A DNA stretch of 32,000 bases from Propionibacterium ruminifibrarum (GCF_900289195.1 NZ_OMOH01000004.1:90001-122000), one strand, 5' to 3'. Numbered from the stretch's first letter, positions 8,813 to 17,986 are shown. Translations and numbers: made by a program. The notes: generated by a model not told the origin, from the letters alone.

Positions 8813-9670
8813 ATGCGCATCAAGGAGATGGCCGACCTGGCGGGCACGACCCCACGAGCCGTGCGCCACTACCACCAGCTGGGTCTGCTCGACGTGCCGC
8901 CCACCGTGCGGGGCCGGCGCGAGTACGGCGTCGAGCACCTGGCCAGGCTGCTGCGCATCCGTTGGCTGGCCGGCGGCGGGCTTCCGCTGCCGCGGGTGGC
9001 CGACATGCTCGCCGCCGACGAGTCGGGGGCCGACCGCGACTCGGTGCTGCGCGATCTGCGCGCGGCCCGCCGGAGCATCGACGCGCAGCAGCGGGCGCTG
9101 CGCGAGCAGGCCGACCGCATCGACGGGCTCATCGCCCAGGTCGCCGACGGCGGGACGCTCTCGCCGCTGCCCAGCGTGCTCGCCCGCTTCTACGACGACA
9201 TCGAGGACCGAATCCGCGCGGTCGGGCAGGGGGTCTCCGACAAGGCCCTGCGGACCGTGCGCGCCGAACGACAGATCATGATGATCCTCGCCTCGCGCGG
9301 CGCGATCCCCGCCAGCGCCGGCCTCCTCGTGGAGGGACTCGACGGGGCGGAACGCGACGAGTGCGCCCGCCAGATCATCGCGTTCGCCCGCCTCGACGAG
9401 ACGGGCGAGGCGAGCGCGCTACGGCTGGCCCAGGACACCTGGGAGCTCGCGCTGCGGCACAAGGAGCAGACCCTGGCCGTCCTGGACGACCTGCCCGGCG
9501 GCCCCCTCGGGCGCGCCCTGTGGGATCTCGCCGAGGTGCTGGCGGGTATCAGCTACTCGCAGAAGGCGCAGCAGGTCTTCACCACCAGGCTGCTCGCCCT
9601 GATGCTGTCCGACCCGGAATTCGCCGCAACGATCCGCCGCTCGGCGGGAAGGGAGCACCCACGACTGTGA
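8813..9670 (+). CDS. MerR family transcriptional regulator
   Basis: 285 aa. N-terminal MerR HTH MRIKEMADLAGTTPRAVRHYHQLGLLDV...R.YGVEHLARLLRIRWL, then a coiled-coil-like segment. Confidence 0.8.
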   Translation: MRIKEMADLAGTTPRAVRHYHQLGLLDVPPTVRGRREYGVEHLARLLRIRWLAGGGLPLPRVADMLAADESGADRDSVLRDLRAARRSIDAQQRALREQADRIDGLIAQVADGGTLSPLPSVLARFYDDIEDRIRAVGQGVSDKALRTVRAERQIMMILASRGAIPASAGLLVEGLDGAERDECARQIIAFARLDETGEASALRLAQDTWELALRHKEQTLAVLDDLPGGPLGRALWDLAEVLAGISYSQKAQQVFTTRLLALMLSDPEFAATIRRSAGREHPRL

Positions 9671-9681
9671 CGACACCGACG

Positions 9682-10584
9682 ATGAACGACGACGCCCCCG
9701 TGCGCGTGCGCTCCCTGGTCAAGCGTTTCGGGCGTTTCACGGCCCTGGACGGCCTCGACCTCGAGGTCGCGGCCGGGCAGGTGCACGGCTTCCTCGGCCC
9801 GAACGGGGCCGGGAAGTCGACGACGATCCGTGTGCTGCTGGGCCTGTACCGCCCCGACGGCGGGACCGTGCGCGTGCTCGGGCGCGACCCGGCGCACGAG
9901 GCCTCGGCCATCAACCGGGAGATCTCCTACGTGCCCGGCGACGTGGCGCTGTGGCCGAACCTGACCGGCGGGCAGGCGCTCGACACCCTGGCGGGGCTGC
10001 GCGGGCGCCGCGACCGCGCCCGCGAGGAGGAGCTGGTCGAACGCTTCGAACTCGACCCGACCAAGAAGGTGCGCACCTACTCCAAGGGCAACCGGCAGAA
10101 GGTCGCGCTCGTCGCGGCGCTCGCCGCACCGACCCGGCTGCTCGTCCTCGACGAGCCGACCAGCGGCCTGGACCCGCTCATGGAACGGGTCTTCACCGAG
10201 GAGATCGCCCGTGCCTCGGCGCAGGGGCGCACCGTGCTGCTGTCGAGCCACATCCTCGCCGAGGTGCAGCACCTGTGCTCGGCGGTGACGATCATCAAGC
10301 AGGGGCGCGTCGTCGAGCACGGCGACCTGGAGACGCTGCGCAGGCTGGCCCGCACCCAGATCGAGATCCGCGCCGACGACCAGACCCTGAACCGCGCGGC
10401 CGCCGAGCTGGAGGACCGGGGCATCCCGGCCGATCGGGCGGACGACCAGCTGTCGGTCCAGGTGGAGTCCGCGCTGGTGCCCCGGGCGATGGAGGTCGTC
10501 GCCGCCTGCCGGGTCACGGACGTGAGGTGCGGGCCGGCCAGTCTTGAGGACCTCTTCCTGCGTCACTACGAGGACGCCCGATGA
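9682..10584 (+). CDS. ABC transporter ATP-binding protein
   Basis: Walker A GPNGAGKST, signature YSKGNRQK, Walker B LLVLDEPTSGLD. An alternative GTG start at 9667 overlaps the merR-like TGA (GTGA). Confidence 0.85.
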   Translation: MNDDAPVRVRSLVKRFGRFTALDGLDLEVAAGQVHGFLGPNGAGKSTTIRVLLGLYRPDGGTVRVLGRDPAHEASAINREISYVPGDVALWPNLTGGQALDTLAGLRGRRDRAREEELVERFELDPTKKVRTYSKGNRQKVALVAALAAPTRLLVLDEPTSGLDPLMERVFTEEIARASAQGRTVLLSSHILAEVQHLCSAVTIIKQGRVVEHGDLETLRRLARTQIEIRADDQTLNRAAAELEDRGIPADRADDQLSVQVESALVPRAMEVVAACRVTDVRCGPASLEDLFLRHYEDAR

Positions 10585-12254
10585 GCACCACGGTGAATCC
10601 GACCCCGACCGTCCACGACGCCGCACCGCGCCGGCCGGTGACGCGGCCGGGCCGGACCGGCCCGCTACGGGGGCTGGGACCGTCGGTGCGCCTGCTGCTG
10701 CGACGCCTGCGGGTGCAGGTACTCGCCTGGACCCTGCCCCTGTGGCTGCTGGTCGCCGCGACACCCCCGGCCTACGAGGACGTCTACCCCTCGCTGCAGG
10801 AGCGGGAACTGCTCGTGCAGAGCATGCGCGACACGGCGGGCACCCGGCTGCTCTACGGCGTCCTGCCGCTGCCCGGACGGATCGGGCAGCTCGTCCAGTG
10901 GGAGACGGGCACCTATCTGCTGATCTGCGCGGCCCTCATGGCGATCCTGCTCACCTGCCGGTCGATGCGCGCCGATGAGGACGACGGCCTGGTCGAGGTG
11001 CAGCGCGGCAGCGGCGTCGGCCATTTGGTGCCCTTCATTGCACCCGTCCTCGTGGTCTGGGGCGCGGTCGCCCTGTTCGCGGGCGGGGCGGGTCTCGTCC
11101 TCACCGTTCTGACCGGCTCCGTGACGGAGCTGACCGTCCCCGGGGCCTGGGCGCTGGCCGGCGCCATCGCGGTGACGGGCTGGGCCTTCGCCGCACTGGC
11201 GGCCCTGGCCTGCCAGCTGTGCCGGCAGACGGGTCCGGCCCGGGGGCTCGCCCTGGCCGCGCTGGGCTGCTCCTTCGCGCTGCGGGTACTGGCCGACGAG
11301 TCCGAGACCGGCCGGCTGCGCTGGTTCACGCCCCTGGCGTGGCGCGACCTCGTCCGCCCCTACAGCGACGACCGTGTCTGGCCGCTGGCCGTGTGCGCCG
11401 GTGCCTGCGTCCTGCTGACCGTCGTGGCGGCGCGGCTGTTCGCGCGCCGGGAGTACCTGGGCGGCTATCTGCCCGACCGCAGCTCGTCGCGTCGACGCTG
11501 GCGGCTGAGCGGATACCCCGATCTGCAGGCGCGCCTGGCGCTGCGCGCCATGGCGGCGTGGTCGGTGACCGTGGCGGCGGCGTCTGCCCTGTTCGGCGCG
11601 ATGGCGTCCAGCATCACCGAGCTGTTCGCACCGGACTCGGCGACCAGCTCCTACGTCGAGAAGATGGCGAGCGGCAGCCCGGTCGAGCAGTTCATGGAGC
11701 TGCTCACCATCATGACCGTACTGCTCGTCGCGGTGGCGGGCGCGCAGCGGGTGAACGCCCTGGCCGCCGACGAGCGGGCCGGTCTCGTGGAGTTCGAGGC
11801 CTCCGTCGGGGGTTCACGTGCCCGGATGTTCGTGGCGCAGGCGGGCGTGGCCGTCGTGGAGTCGGTCGTCCTGCTGGCGCTCTCGGGCGCGGTGTTGGCG
11901 GCCATGACGGGCACCCAGTTCACCGACGACCACGCCGTGGGGCGCGCCTTCGTGTTCACGGTGAGCCAGCTGCCCGGCGTCCTGGCGACGATCGGCATCG
12001 CGCTGGCGCTGGTCGGCCTGGCACCGCGCCTGTCCGCGCTCGTCTGGGCGGTCGTGGGATGGAGCGTCTTCGCGCAGTTCTTCGGCGGGCTCGTCGAGCT
12101 GCCCGACTGGGCGCAGGACCTCAGCGTGCTCGGCCACCACCTCGACGTCGTCGGTGACCCGGACTGGGGCCCGCTGGCCGTGCAGGCGACGATCGGGATC
12201 GCCGGCGCACTCATCGGCCTGCTCGCCTACCGGCGCCGCGACCTGGCCCGGTGA
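10581..12254 (+). CDS. ABC-2 type exporter permease, about 12 TM (polyketide/antibiotic exporter-like)
   Basis: 557 aa, strongly hydrophobic throughout. ATGA overlap with the upstream ATPase gene. Size and pairing resemble the large fused ABC-2 drug exporter permeases; the family assignment is tentative. Confidence 0.7.
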   Translation: MSTTVNPTPTVHDAAPRRPVTRPGRTGPLRGLGPSVRLLLRRLRVQVLAWTLPLWLLVAATPPAYEDVYPSLQERELLVQSMRDTAGTRLLYGVLPLPGRIGQLVQWETGTYLLICAALMAILLTCRSMRADEDDGLVEVQRGSGVGHLVPFIAPVLVVWGAVALFAGGAGLVLTVLTGSVTELTVPGAWALAGAIAVTGWAFAALAALACQLCRQTGPARGLALAALGCSFALRVLADESETGRLRWFTPLAWRDLVRPYSDDRVWPLAVCAGACVLLTVVAARLFARREYLGGYLPDRSSSRRRWRLSGYPDLQARLALRAMAAWSVTVAAASALFGAMASSITELFAPDSATSSYVEKMASGSPVEQFMELLTIMTVLLVAVAGAQRVNALAADERAGLVEFEASVGGSRARMFVAQAGVAVVESVVLLALSGAVLAAMTGTQFTDDHAVGRAFVFTVSQLPGVLATIGIALALVGLAPRLSALVWAVVGWSVFAQFFGGLVELPDWAQDLSVLGHHLDVVGDPDWGPLAVQATIGIAGALIGLLAYRRRDLAR

Positions 12255-12276
12255 AGCCGCGCCCCGCGCGACAAAC

Positions 12277-12325
12277 CCTGCGGTTCTCGTGTGTCTTTTC
12301 ACGAGAACCGCAGGGCGACCGCAGG
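12277..12325 (+). repeat. single 38-bp hairpin element plus an extra right arm
   Basis: 12277-12314 CCTGCGGTTCTCGTG-TGTCTTTT-CACGAGAACCGCAGG, a perfect 15-bp stem, 22 nt after the permease stop. Additional GACCGCAGG at 12317-12325. Confidence 0.9.
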
Positions 12326-12346
12326 AGAGGACGTGACGCGCGTTCC

Positions 12347-12847
12347 TCAGCGGGTGACCTCGGTGAGGGTGCCGTCCTCGACGTCGTAGAGGAAGCCCCT
12401 GGCCTCGGCACCGGCCGGGATGTGCGGGTCGGCGGCCAGGGCCGCCATTTCCTCGCGCAGGTCCTGAGCCGGATCGGTGAAGCCGCCGGGGCGCCAGGTG
12501 GGGCGCTGCCCGGTCTCGGCCGCGAGCCGGTCGGCGAAGGCCTGGTCGTCCAGGTGCGACATGCCGCAGTCGGTGTGGTGAATGAGCATGATCTCGCTCA
12601 CCCCGAGGGCGTGCTGGGCGATGGCCAGGGAGCGGCGCACGTCGTCGGTGAGGATGCCGCCGGCATTGCGGATGACGAAGGCGTCGCCGTTGGCCAGGCC
12701 GAGCAGGCGGGTCACGTCGAGACGGTTGTCCATGCAGGCGACGACGGCGAGCCGGGCGCCCAGCTCGACGGGCGCGAAGTCGGCCGTATAGCCCTCGGCG
12801 TTGGCCAGGACGTCCCCGACACTGGGCCCAGTGGATATCGGATTCAT
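12347..12847 (-). CDS. beta-class carbonic anhydrase
   Basis: 166 aa from the ATG at 12847, with RBS AAGGAG 7 nt upstream. Zinc-ligand motifs VVACMDNR and HHTDCG. Confidence 0.85.
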   Translation of the reverse strand: MNPISTGPSVGDVLANAEGYTADFAPVELGARLAVVACMDNRLDVTRLLGLANGDAFVIRNAGGILTDDVRRSLAIAQHALGVSEIMLIHHTDCGMSHLDDQAFADRLAAETGQRPTWRPGGFTDPAQDLREEMAALAADPHIPAGAEARGFLYDVEDGTLTEVTR

Positions 12848-12958
12848 TGAAAGATCTCCTTCACAACGGATGATGGTGAGAATCACCGCCGTCCATGATG
12901 TATTCCCCGGTCAATTCCCCCGCCGGAGGAGCTCGTCCGATCAGCAGCATTCGGCTCG

Positions 12959-13186
12959 CCTGCGGTTCTCGTGTGTCATTCCACGAGAACCGCAGGCGGA
13001 GGCAGCCCACCGGGACACCAGATCGGGACGGATCGACCGAATGTGGTCATCGCCCTGCGGTTTCCGTGTGTCATTTCACGAGAACCGCAGGGCGAGGCAG
13101 CTCATCACGGACACCGGATCGAGACGGATCCACCCGAATGGTCATCGCCCTGCGGTTTCCGTGCGCCATTCCACAAGGACCGCAGG
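12959..13186 (+). repeat. tandem array, 3 copies of a 95-bp unit (38-bp hairpin + 57-bp conserved linker)
   Basis: Hairpins at 12959-12996, 13054-13091 and 13149-13186 (period 95). Linkers share GGCAGC.CA.C.CGGACACC.GA.CG.GACGGATC.ACC.GAATG.GGTCATCGC. Located in the divergent promoter region between the carbonic anhydrase and tetR-like genes. Confidence 0.9.
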
Positions 13187-13275
13187 GACAGGTGCTGCAA
13201 AGGTCCTCACTGGCTCACTCATCACTGGCTCTCTCATCGGCCTCGTTGACGTTGCGGCGACCGTTTCCTAGAGTG

Positions 13276-13305
13276 TGACTCATCAGTCATATGACTGGGG
13301 AGTCA
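13276..13305. promoter_or_regulatory. 30-bp palindromic operator candidate upstream of the tetR-ABC operon
   Basis: TGACTCATCAGTCAT|ATGACTGGGGAGTCA, 13/15 symmetric. Perfect core CAGTCATATGACTG (13284-13297). AT-rich, directly upstream of RBS AGGAG and the ATG at 13318. Confidence 0.55.
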
Positions 13306-13317
13306 TAGGAGTCGCAC

Positions 13318-14025
13318 ATGCCTCACCCCACCTTCTTCAACCTCCCCGAGGAGAAGCGATCCCGCATCGAGGAGGCCCTCAAGGATGAGTTCGCCGCGAG
13401 GACCTACACCCAGGCCTCGGTCGATCGCATCACGGCCGCCGCCGGCGTCTCGAAGGGGAGCTTCTACCAGTACTTCGTCGACAAGCTGGACGCGTACACC
13501 CATCTGGTGCGCGGGCTCATGAGCGCGCGGATCGACCTGGCGGGCACACCCCCGCCGGAGGCAACCTTCGAGGAGGTTCTCACCGCGATCGTCCTGGGCA
13601 GCCACGACTTCCACCGGCGCGACCCCCGGGGGTGGGCCGTCCTGGCGCGCTCCCTCTCCGACGACGCCCCCGCAATCCTCGACTCGGACGAGGCGCTCTC
13701 CGAGGACATCCGCCAGTGGACCACCACCGCCATCGCCGCGGGGCAGGCCACCGGTGAGCTGCGCGACGACGTCGATCCCGGTACGGCCGCCTGGATGATC
13801 GAGAGGGTCCTCCTCGGCGTGCCCCACTACGTCATGGCCCGCTTCGGCATCGCACCTGACCACGCCGCCACCACCGGAAGTGCCTTCGACCAACCGGAGA
13901 TCGCGGCGGTCGCCCGGGATCTCGTCGCCATGCTCGTGGCTGCGCTCGCCGGGAACGGGACGCCCGGACGGCGAGACGCCGGGACCGCCCAGGGCACACC
14001 GTTGGGGGCCCAGAACAGTGACTGA
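13318..14025 (+). CDS. TetR/AcrR family transcriptional regulator
   Basis: 235 aa. N-terminal HTH YTQASVDRITAAAGVSKGSFYQYFVDKLDAY. Confidence 0.85.
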   Translation: MPHPTFFNLPEEKRSRIEEALKDEFAARTYTQASVDRITAAAGVSKGSFYQYFVDKLDAYTHLVRGLMSARIDLAGTPPPEATFEEVLTAIVLGSHDFHRRDPRGWAVLARSLSDDAPAILDSDEALSEDIRQWTTTAIAAGQATGELRDDVDPGTAAWMIERVLLGVPHYVMARFGIAPDHAATTGSAFDQPEIAAVARDLVAMLVAALAGNGTPGRRDAGTAQGTPLGAQNSD

Positions 14026-14866
14026 GGCGATCCGCGCCCATGGCTTGGGCTTCACCTACCGCGGCGCCCCGCAGCCCGCGCTCGAAGACGTCGATCTGGC
14101 TGTGGCCGCGGGCGAGATCATCGGCCTTCTCGGGCCGAGCGGCGCCGGGAAGTCGACGCTGCAGCGCGTGCTGACCGGCCTGCTCACCGGGTACCGGGGC
14201 TCGGCCCGCATCCTCGGACGGGAGATCTCGGGATGGGGACGCGGGGTCTACGAACGGATCGGCGTGGCCTTCGAGACACCCGTGGCATTCGGGCGACTCA
14301 CCCTGCGCGAGAACCTGGCCTACACCGCCCACCTGTACTCCGGGCCGACCCGCGATCCGCAGGAACTGCTCGACGCGGTCGGTCTCGCCGAGGACGCCGG
14401 CACCCGGGCGGCGCACCTGAGCAAGGGCATGGGGGTGCGTCTCAACGTGGCCCGTGCGCTCCTGCACGACCCCGAACTCGTCTTCCTCGACGAACCCACC
14501 TCGGGTCTGGATCCGGTGCGGGCCCACCGCATGGCACGGCTCATCGCCGCCGAGCGCGCACGGGGCTGCACCGTCGTCGTCACCACCCATGACATGGACC
14601 TGGCCAGGCGCGCCTGCGACCGGGTCGGCTTCATCGTCGAGGGCAGGCTCGTCGAGATCGGCGAGCCGGACGCACTGTGCCGCCGTCACGGTTCACGACA
14701 GGTCCGTGTCACCTGGGACGACGGCGAGGCCCTGTTCCCGCTGGACGGTCTTGCCGCGGACGAGGGCTTCCGCGAGACGCTGCGCACCCGGCGCATCCAC
14801 ACGATTCACTCCCGCGAAGCCGACCTGGCCGAGGTCTTCGCGGCCGTCACGGGACGAGAGCTGTGA
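14018..14866 (+). CDS. ABC transporter ATP-binding protein
   Basis: 282 aa from the GTG at 14018, overlapping the tetR end by 8 nt. Walker A GPSGAGKST, signature LSKGMGVR, Walker B LVFLDEPTSGLD. Confidence 0.85.
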   Translation: MTEAIRAHGLGFTYRGAPQPALEDVDLAVAAGEIIGLLGPSGAGKSTLQRVLTGLLTGYRGSARILGREISGWGRGVYERIGVAFETPVAFGRLTLRENLAYTAHLYSGPTRDPQELLDAVGLAEDAGTRAAHLSKGMGVRLNVARALLHDPELVFLDEPTSGLDPVRAHRMARLIAAERARGCTVVVTTHDMDLARRACDRVGFIVEGRLVEIGEPDALCRRHGSRQVRVTWDDGEALFPLDGLAADEGFRETLRTRRIHTIHSREADLAEVFAAVTGREL

Positions 14867-14871
14867 CAGTC

Positions 14872-15606
14872 ATGGGCGCAGACCGGCACGGGCCAGCAGC
14901 CGCCATGAGGCGCAGCGCGGCCACTCTCGTCCTCGATCTTCGCAGGCATGCCCAGGAGGGCTTCTGGCTCGTCGCCCTGCTCACCGGGTTGACCGTGGCC
15001 GCCCTCCTGTCTCCTCTCGCCGCGGACCTGGTCCGGTGGTGGCCGGTGATCGTCCTGGGGGAGCTGACCATCACGTCCTTCTACTTCGCCGCGGTCCAGG
15101 TCCTGCAGGAGCGCAACGAGGGGACCCTCGCCGCCCGGGCGGTCAGCCCGCTGAGAGCCTGGGAGTACCTGACGGCTCTGGTGGTCTCCCTGGCTCTGCT
15201 CTCCCTGGCCGAGGTGACCGTGCTGGTGCTCGTCCTCCACGGTCCACTGGCGCTCTGGCCCGCCCTGGCCGTCGGGGTCGGCCTCGTCTCCTGCGTCTAC
15301 ACCCTCTACGGTGTCGTCGCGGTTGCCGGCTACGAGTCGATCGGCGCCTTCCTGCTGCCCTCCGGGGCGTGGACGCTCGTGCTCAGCCTGCCTCTGTTGC
15401 CGCTCATCGGCGGGCCGGGCGGGTGGTGGCTGTGGCTGCACCCGCTCCAGCCGGCCGTCGTCCTGATCGACGTGGCATTCGGGGCCGCCCCGTCCTCGGC
15501 CGCCGCGCCCTGCCTGCCCCTCGGCGCCGCGTGGTGCGCAGGACTGGGCGGACTCGCCAGGCACCGGCTCCGCCGGGCCGTCACGCCGGCGGGGGCACGC
15601 GGATGA
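14872..15606 (+). CDS. ABC-2 type transporter permease, small subunit 1
   Basis: About 244 aa, multi-TM. An alternative GTG at 14863 forms a GTGA overlap with the ATPase stop. The ATPase-plus-two-small-permeases layout resembles the M. tuberculosis Rv2688c-Rv2686c fluoroquinolone exporter; this comparison is from memory. Confidence 0.7.
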   Translation: MGADRHGPAAAMRRSAATLVLDLRRHAQEGFWLVALLTGLTVAALLSPLAADLVRWWPVIVLGELTITSFYFAAVQVLQERNEGTLAARAVSPLRAWEYLTALVVSLALLSLAEVTVLVLVLHGPLALWPALAVGVGLVSCVYTLYGVVAVAGYESIGAFLLPSGAWTLVLSLPLLPLIGGPGGWWLWLHPLQPAVVLIDVAFGAAPSSAAAPCLPLGAAWCAGLGGLARHRLRRAVTPAGARG

Positions 15607-16337
15607 GGCCCCGTACCGTACTGGGCCTGCTGCCGGCCGATCTGGCCCGCCTTGCCCGGGACGAGCTGCTCGCATGGATGCCCGCGGTTCCCGTCATCAT
15701 GGCCCTGGCGGTCCGACTCGGCGCCTCACCGGTCCTCGCGGCGCTCGGTCTTCGCGCGGAACTCGCGCAGGAGTGGTCCGCCCGCATCGACGTGACCGCC
15801 TTCGGGATCGTCGTCCCGGTGCTCATCGGGACGGTCGTCGGTTTCATGCTGCTGGGCGAGAAGGAGGATCGGGTGTGGGACGCGCTGGCGGTGACGCCGG
15901 TGTCGCTGCGCGGCTACCTGGCGTGGCGGGCGGCGGGTGCGTCGCTCGTTGCGGTTGGGGCGTGCGCGATGTGCCTGAGGATCGGGGGTCTCAACGACCT
16001 GGGCATCGCCCGGGTCTGCGGTGTCGCCCTGGCCGCCGCTCCCCTGGCCGGGGCGACCGCGCTGGGGCTCGCCTGCTGGACGACGGACACCGTCCAGGGG
16101 TTCGCCGCCGTCAAGCTGTCCCTCGTCGTCCTCATCCTGCCCGCCGTATTGCCCGGCGCGGGCATCGGCGGGTGGCTGCTCGCCGTGGTCCCGAGCTGGT
16201 GGCCCGCGCGGGCGTACCGGGAGTTCGCCGCCGGGAACGCCTCAGCGCCCGCTTGGGCCGCGGGATCGATACTGGTATGTGGCGCAGTGGCCGGGACGGC
16301 CCTGCGGCGAATCACCCGGCACGGCGCCCCGCGGTGA
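15603..16337 (+). CDS. ABC-2 type transporter permease, small subunit 2
   Basis: 244 aa, multi-TM. ATGA overlap with the preceding permease gene. Confidence 0.7.
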   Translation: MRPRTVLGLLPADLARLARDELLAWMPAVPVIMALAVRLGASPVLAALGLRAELAQEWSARIDVTAFGIVVPVLIGTVVGFMLLGEKEDRVWDALAVTPVSLRGYLAWRAAGASLVAVGACAMCLRIGGLNDLGIARVCGVALAAAPLAGATALGLACWTTDTVQGFAAVKLSLVVLILPAVLPGAGIGGWLLAVVPSWWPARAYREFAAGNASAPAWAAGSILVCGAVAGTALRRITRHGAPR

Positions 16338-16352
16338 GCAACGCCGACTCGC

Positions 16353-16578
16353 CCTGCGGTTCTCGTGTGTCATTTCACGAGAACCGCAGGCAGAGGCAGC
16401 CCATCGCGGACACCAGACCGGGACGGATCCACCCGAATGGTCATAGCCCTGCGGTTTCCGTGCGTCATTCCACAAGAACCGCAGGACCAGGCCACGGCCG
16501 CCTCAGCACGCAACTCCCCTCCGGTGCCCCACGCATTCGCCCTGCGGTTTCCGTGTGTCATTCCACGAAGACCGCAGG
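16353..16578 (+). repeat. tandem array, 3 copies of the hairpin element (periods 95 and 93 bp)
   Basis: Hairpins at 16353-16390 (perfect stem), 16448-16485 and 16541-16578. The first linker is nearly identical to the linkers of the 12959-13186 array. The array starts 15 nt after the permease stop, and its last copy overlaps the 3' end of the convergent MFS gene. Confidence 0.9.
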
Positions 16579-17805
16579 GCCAGCCGCGGAGGCGCGGCGG
16601 AAGCTGCGGTGCACGAGGACGAAGACGAACACGAGGGCGAGGATCACGCCCCCGACGACGATCGGCAGCGTCGGCGAGAGCCCGTACATGGCGGTGCCCG
16701 CCGTCGGCGAGACGACGTAGGTCAGCCCGTTGGTCGCGCCGATCAGGCCGGCGAGGCCGCCCTGCTCCTCCCGGCTCATGTGCAGGGTGGGGCCCGCCGT
16801 GTAGCCCGGCATGCCGATGCCGATGCCCGCTCCGATCAGCGTCACGGCGACGATGAGGAGCACCGCCCCGCCGTCGACCACGAGCAGGGCGAAACCCACC
16901 GCGCCCGTGCAGGTGCCCACCCGCAGCAGGACGGGAGGCGACCACTTCGAGTGCGGCACGATGACGCTCTGGGCGAGCACCATGCCGACACCCGCGGCCA
17001 GGAGCGCGCCGCCCGAGACGAGCCCCGTCGTATTCGCATCGAGGTGGAGGCGGTCCTGCACGAGGAAGCCGGTGACGACCTGGATGAGGCCCATCGCGGT
17101 GAACATGCCGAAGCCGGCGACGAGGTAGGGCCAGACCCGCGGGTCGAAGGGGCGGATCCGCGCCGGCTCGGCGACCAGCTCGGCGCTGGTCTCGCGGCGC
17201 ATGCCGACCACGACGACGAGCAGCCCCACGAGAAGGAACACGGGCACCATGTCGACCGAGACCATGAGCGAGATGCCCGACAGGAGTCCCCCGACGAGGG
17301 CCCCGGCGATCGAGGCCATCCCCTGGGAGGCGCCGACGCCCGCCATGCCGCGCACCCGCTCCTCCTCGTTCGTGGTGATATCGGCGACGTAGGCCTGCGC
17401 GGTCGGCAGGATCGCGGCGAGCGCCGTGCCGAAGATCAGGCCGCGCGCCAGGACGAACAGGCAGAACAGGGGCGTACCGCTCAGGGCGCCGCGCACCCCG
17501 AGGGCGGCGATGACGGCGAAGAGCACCATGGCCGCGGTGCAGGTGCCCAGCGCGGCGGCGAGAACCGGCTTGCGTCCCCACGACTGGGAGCGGCGCCCCC
17601 AGAGCTGGCTCGTGAGCACGACCATGACCGCCGCGACGCTGATCGTGAAGCCGACCTGCCACTCGGCCAGGCCGACCTCGCGGGACAGCGGCGCGATGAC
17701 GGGGTTGAGCGTCGTCTGGCCCAGATAGGCCAGGAAGACCGCCGACAGGACGATCCTGATCTGCGGAGAACTCGTTCCCTGCTGTGTCTCGTGCGAGGCG
17801 GTCAT
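16558..17805 (-). CDS. MFS transporter (drug efflux-like)
   Basis: 415 aa, about 12 TM. MFS motif WGRRSQSWGRKPVL between TM2 and TM3. Downstream of a tetR-like gene on the same strand. The last 7 codons and the TGA lie inside hairpin copy 16541-16578. Confidence 0.85.
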   Translation of the reverse strand: MTASHETQQGTSSPQIRIVLSAVFLAYLGQTTLNPVIAPLSREVGLAEWQVGFTISVAAVMVVLTSQLWGRRSQSWGRKPVLAAALGTCTAAMVLFAVIAALGVRGALSGTPLFCLFVLARGLIFGTALAAILPTAQAYVADITTNEEERVRGMAGVGASQGMASIAGALVGGLLSGISLMVSVDMVPVFLLVGLLVVVVGMRRETSAELVAEPARIRPFDPRVWPYLVAGFGMFTAMGLIQVVTGFLVQDRLHLDANTTGLVSGGALLAAGVGMVLAQSVIVPHSKWSPPVLLRVGTCTGAVGFALLVVDGGAVLLIVAVTLIGAGIGIGMPGYTAGPTLHMSREEQGGLAGLIGATNGLTYVVSPTAGTAMYGLSPTLPIVVGGVILALVFVFVLVHRSFRRASAAGPAVFVE

Positions 17806-17917
17806 GACCCCGATCCCCTCTCCGACTCATCGGTCAGGCAAAGGCCGCACCAGGCGGCCGGTGTTGTGGCGCGCTTCGACCCACGAACCGCGAAACAACA
17901 CCTAGTGCACCCTAAGT

Positions 17918-17939
17918 GAACACTGTTCTCATTGCAATG
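17918..17939. promoter_or_regulatory. AT-rich palindromes between tetR-like gene and MFS gene (operator candidate)
   Basis: GAAC-ACT-GTTC (17918-17928) and the perfect 10-bp palindrome CATTGCAATG (17930-17939). A low-GC patch about 115-135 nt upstream of the MFS ATG. Confidence 0.35.
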
Positions 17940-17986
17940 CCTCGGACCACACGGGTCTCTTCGGTCCTGGCGGATCGGACGACCGT

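Noticed and set aside
8701-9681. N-terminal 327 aa of the 627-aa ORF 8701-10584
   Set aside because: This part overlaps the merR-like gene out of frame and is R/A/P-rich. ABC ATPase homology begins at 9682, or at 9667 if the GTG start is used.
16370-17919. 486-aa (minus) and 454-aa (plus) ORFs overlapping the MFS gene
   Set aside because: These are alternative-frame or antisense shadows. Only the 16558-17805 frame gives a 12-TM MFS-like protein.
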